Assembly: GCA_963812605.1 (NCBI GenBank)
Contig: CAWEWF010000001.1
Coordinates: 1 to 64,000, forward strand
Direction: 5' to 3'
DNA: 64,000 nt
From: an uncultured Verrucomicrobiae bacterium
Lineage (GTDB): Bacteria > Verrucomicrobiota > Verrucomicrobiia > Palsa-1439
Shown: one piece after another, positions 62,008-64,000 of the stretch
How positions within the stretch are numbered: position 1 is the stretch's first letter
How the letters are laid out: the number at the start of each line of letters is the position of its first letter
Made by a program: the position numbers and the translations under genes
Notes under the pieces: generated by a model
Told to the model about the DNA's origin: nothing
What the model saw: only the letters and a program-made list of their open reading frames with translations
Databases searched by the model: none

Positions 62008-64000
62008 ATGTTTTCGAGAACCGTCCCGGTCTTGCTACTGCCAGTTCTTCTGGCTGCCTGCTCCAGCATGAATCACCAGTCGACCACCAAAATGGATTCG
62101 CTCCAGGACTTCCAAAAGCGCGCCGCCAAGTTTCACAGCGTCGTCACCGTCCCGTCGTTCGAGACCACGACGAACGAAGTCCAGATGTCGGTGAAGCAAG
62201 CCATCGAGTCCGGCAATGCGGCCCTGGATCGTATCGGCCAGCTTGCTCCCGGCGAAGTTACGTTCACCAATACGGTGCGCGCGCTGGATGATCTCGAATT
62301 TCAACTCGGCCTTGTGGACAATCGCCTCTCGCTCATCAAGGAAACCAGCACGGACGCTGCGGTTCGCGACGCTGCGACCGACTCCCTGAAGGAGCTTCAA
62401 GAATGGGTGGTCAGCTTTGATTACCGCGAGGACGTTTATCGCGCCGTTAAAGCCTATGCCGACACCCAACCCAAATTGGAAGGGGAGGACGCCAAGCTTC
62501 TGTCCGAAACCATGCGTGATTATCGACGGGCGGGGCTGGAATTGCCGAAAGCCGACCGTGACGAAGTCGAGCGCATGCGCAAGGAGCTTTCGCGATTGAT
62601 GACTGATTTCGAGACGAATATCACGAAAGCGGAGAAGGCGCTCAAGTTCACGAAGGCGGACCTTGACGGCGTCCCGGAAGACTTCCTGAAGCAAATCAAA
62701 ACCAACGAAGACGAATACGTCGTGATGGCGAACATCACCTGGCATTACATCACGGTAATGGACAACGCCACGCGTGAGGACACGCGCAAGCGGCTCTATA
62801 TCGAGCAGAGCAACCTGGCGAAGGAACAGAACGTGCCATTGTTGGAAAAGATTCTCGTTTTGCGCGATAACATCGCGCGCAAGCTCGGCTACAAAACGTG
62901 GGCGGATTACCAGACCGAAGTCAAAATGGTCAAGAATGCCGCCACGGCCATCAAGTTTCTGGAAGACCTGAAAACCGGCTTGCAGCCCAAGTTCCATGGC
63001 GAACTGGAAGAGTATCGCCAGCTTAAGGTCAGGGAGACCGGTGATACCAATGCGACGATCAACGTCTGGGATTGGCGGCACTACAGCAACCAGTTGAAGA
63101 TCGAGAAGTACAACGTGGATGCCGAACAATTGCGCGTCTACTTTCCCTATCAACACGTACTCGAAGGGCTGTTCCGCATCTACCAGAGCATCTTCAGCCT
63201 GAAGTTCGAACGCGTCGAGCCGCCGTACAAGTGGATCGGTGATTTGCAGATGTACACCGTGACCGATGCGCGGACCGGCGAGCCGCTCGGTCTCTTCTAC
63301 CTTGACATGTTCCCGCGCGAGGGCAAATACAATCACTTCGCTGAATTCGGCATCATCGATGGCAAATTGTTGCCGGACGGAACCTATCAGCGACCCACCG
63401 CGGCGCTGATTTGCAATTTCCCGGCGCCGACAGCGGACCACCCCTCGCTGATGTCGCACGACGACGTGGTGACGATCTTCCACGAATTCGGCCATGCGAT
63501 GCACTCGATCCTGACTCGCGCAAAATACGCGCGTTTCTCCGGCACCAGTGTGCCGCGCGATTTTGTCGAAGCCCCATCGCAAATGCTGGAGAACTGGCCC
63601 TGGGACAAGAAGGTGCTGGACAGTTTCGCGGCGGACTACCGTGATCCGTCAAAAAAGATTTCGCCGGCGATTCTGGCAAGCCTCAAGGAAGCCAGGCTCG
63701 CCACCGAAGGCACGCGTTACGAGCGCCAACTCTCCTTCGCGATGCTGGACCTCGCGTTGCATACGCAAATCCATGAGGATAACGCACAAGACACCGTCAA
63801 ACTGTCCAATCGCGTGCTCAGCGACGTATTTCTCCCAGTCCCCGATGACACGGCGTTCGTGGCTTATTTCGGGCACTTGATGGGTTATGACGCCGGCTAT
63901 TACGGCTACGCGTGGGCGGACGCGATCGCGGCTGACATGGACACGGTATTCGAGAAAGCGCCCGAGGGCCACTTCGACAAGCAGGCCGGTATGAGACTGC
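62008..64000 (+). CDS. M3 family metallopeptidase (thimet oligopeptidase-like) lipoprotein; runs off the window end
   Basis: LLAAC lipobox, YLDMFPREGK, HEFGH at 63481 in frame, DFVEAPSQMLENW, GYDAGYYGYAW. Confidence 0.92.
   Translation, partial: MFSRTVPVLLLPVLLAACSSMNHQSTTKMDSLQDFQKRAAKFHSVVTVPSFETTTNEVQMSVKQAIESGNAALDRIGQLAPGEVTFTNTVRALDDLEFQLGLVDNRLSLIKETSTDAAVRDAATDSLKELQEWVVSFDYREDVYRAVKAYADTQPKLEGEDAKLLSETMRDYRRAGLELPKADRDEVERMRKELSRLMTDFETNITKAEKALKFTKADLDGVPEDFLKQIKTNEDEYVVMANITWHYITVMDNATREDTRKRLYIEQSNLAKEQNVPLLEKILVLRDNIARKLGYKTWADYQTEVKMVKNAATAIKFLEDLKTGLQPKFHGELEEYRQLKVRETGDTNATINVWDWRHYSNQLKIEKYNVDAEQLRVYFPYQHVLEGLFRIYQSIFSLKFERVEPPYKWIGDLQMYTVTDARTGEPLGLFYLDMFPREGKYNHFAEFGIIDGKLLPDGTYQRPTAALICNFPAPTADHPSLMSHDDVVTIFHEFGHAMHSILTRAKYARFSGTSVPRDFVEAPSQMLENWPWDKKVLDSFAADYRDPSKKISPAILASLKEARLATEGTRYERQLSFAMLDLALHTQIHEDNAQDTVKLSNRVLSDVFLPVPDDTAFVAYFGHLMGYDAGYYGYAWADAIAADMDTVFEKAPEGHFDKQAGMRL

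Noticed and set aside
62035-63582. 515-aa minus-strand ORF
   Set aside because: Antisense shadow of the M3 peptidase, which has clear motifs on the plus strand.

Overview
High-GC bacterial chromosome segment, most likely Verrucomicrobiota/PVC. This is an inference from the style of the secreted proteins and the intergenic motifs. Many conserved genes, including pgk, are split by 1-bp indels, which look like long-read assembly errors. Layout: (1) 1-18.8 kb is an integrase-less accessory region downstream of a tRNA-Asp 3' end. It has repeated tRNA 3' fragments, several families of repeated non-coding modules, duplicated small genes, two-component genes, an MFS/dehydrogenase block and pldA. One module family looks like a sigma70-promoter-driven, end-paired small RNA with a variable interior. 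(2) 18.9-38 kb holds large secreted proteins sharing a DxDGDG/NP linker and a 'D..(R/Q)(F/Y)Y(R/K)' C-terminal domain, glycoside hydrolases, a tarD-dctA D-tartrate operon and a sigma70 factor. (3) 39-51.7 kb holds a Tat-type xanthine-dehydrogenase-family operon with unusual flanking genes, followed by the moxR-batABCDE operon. (4) 52-64 kb holds a transaldolase, a 1278-aa secreted protein ending in a CHAT/caspase-like protease domain with two small membrane partners, pgk-tpiA-secG and a partial M3 peptidase. The most promising unexplained signals are the repeated non-coding modules around the tRNA hotspot, the shared C-terminal domain, and the protease-tipped toxin-like locus.
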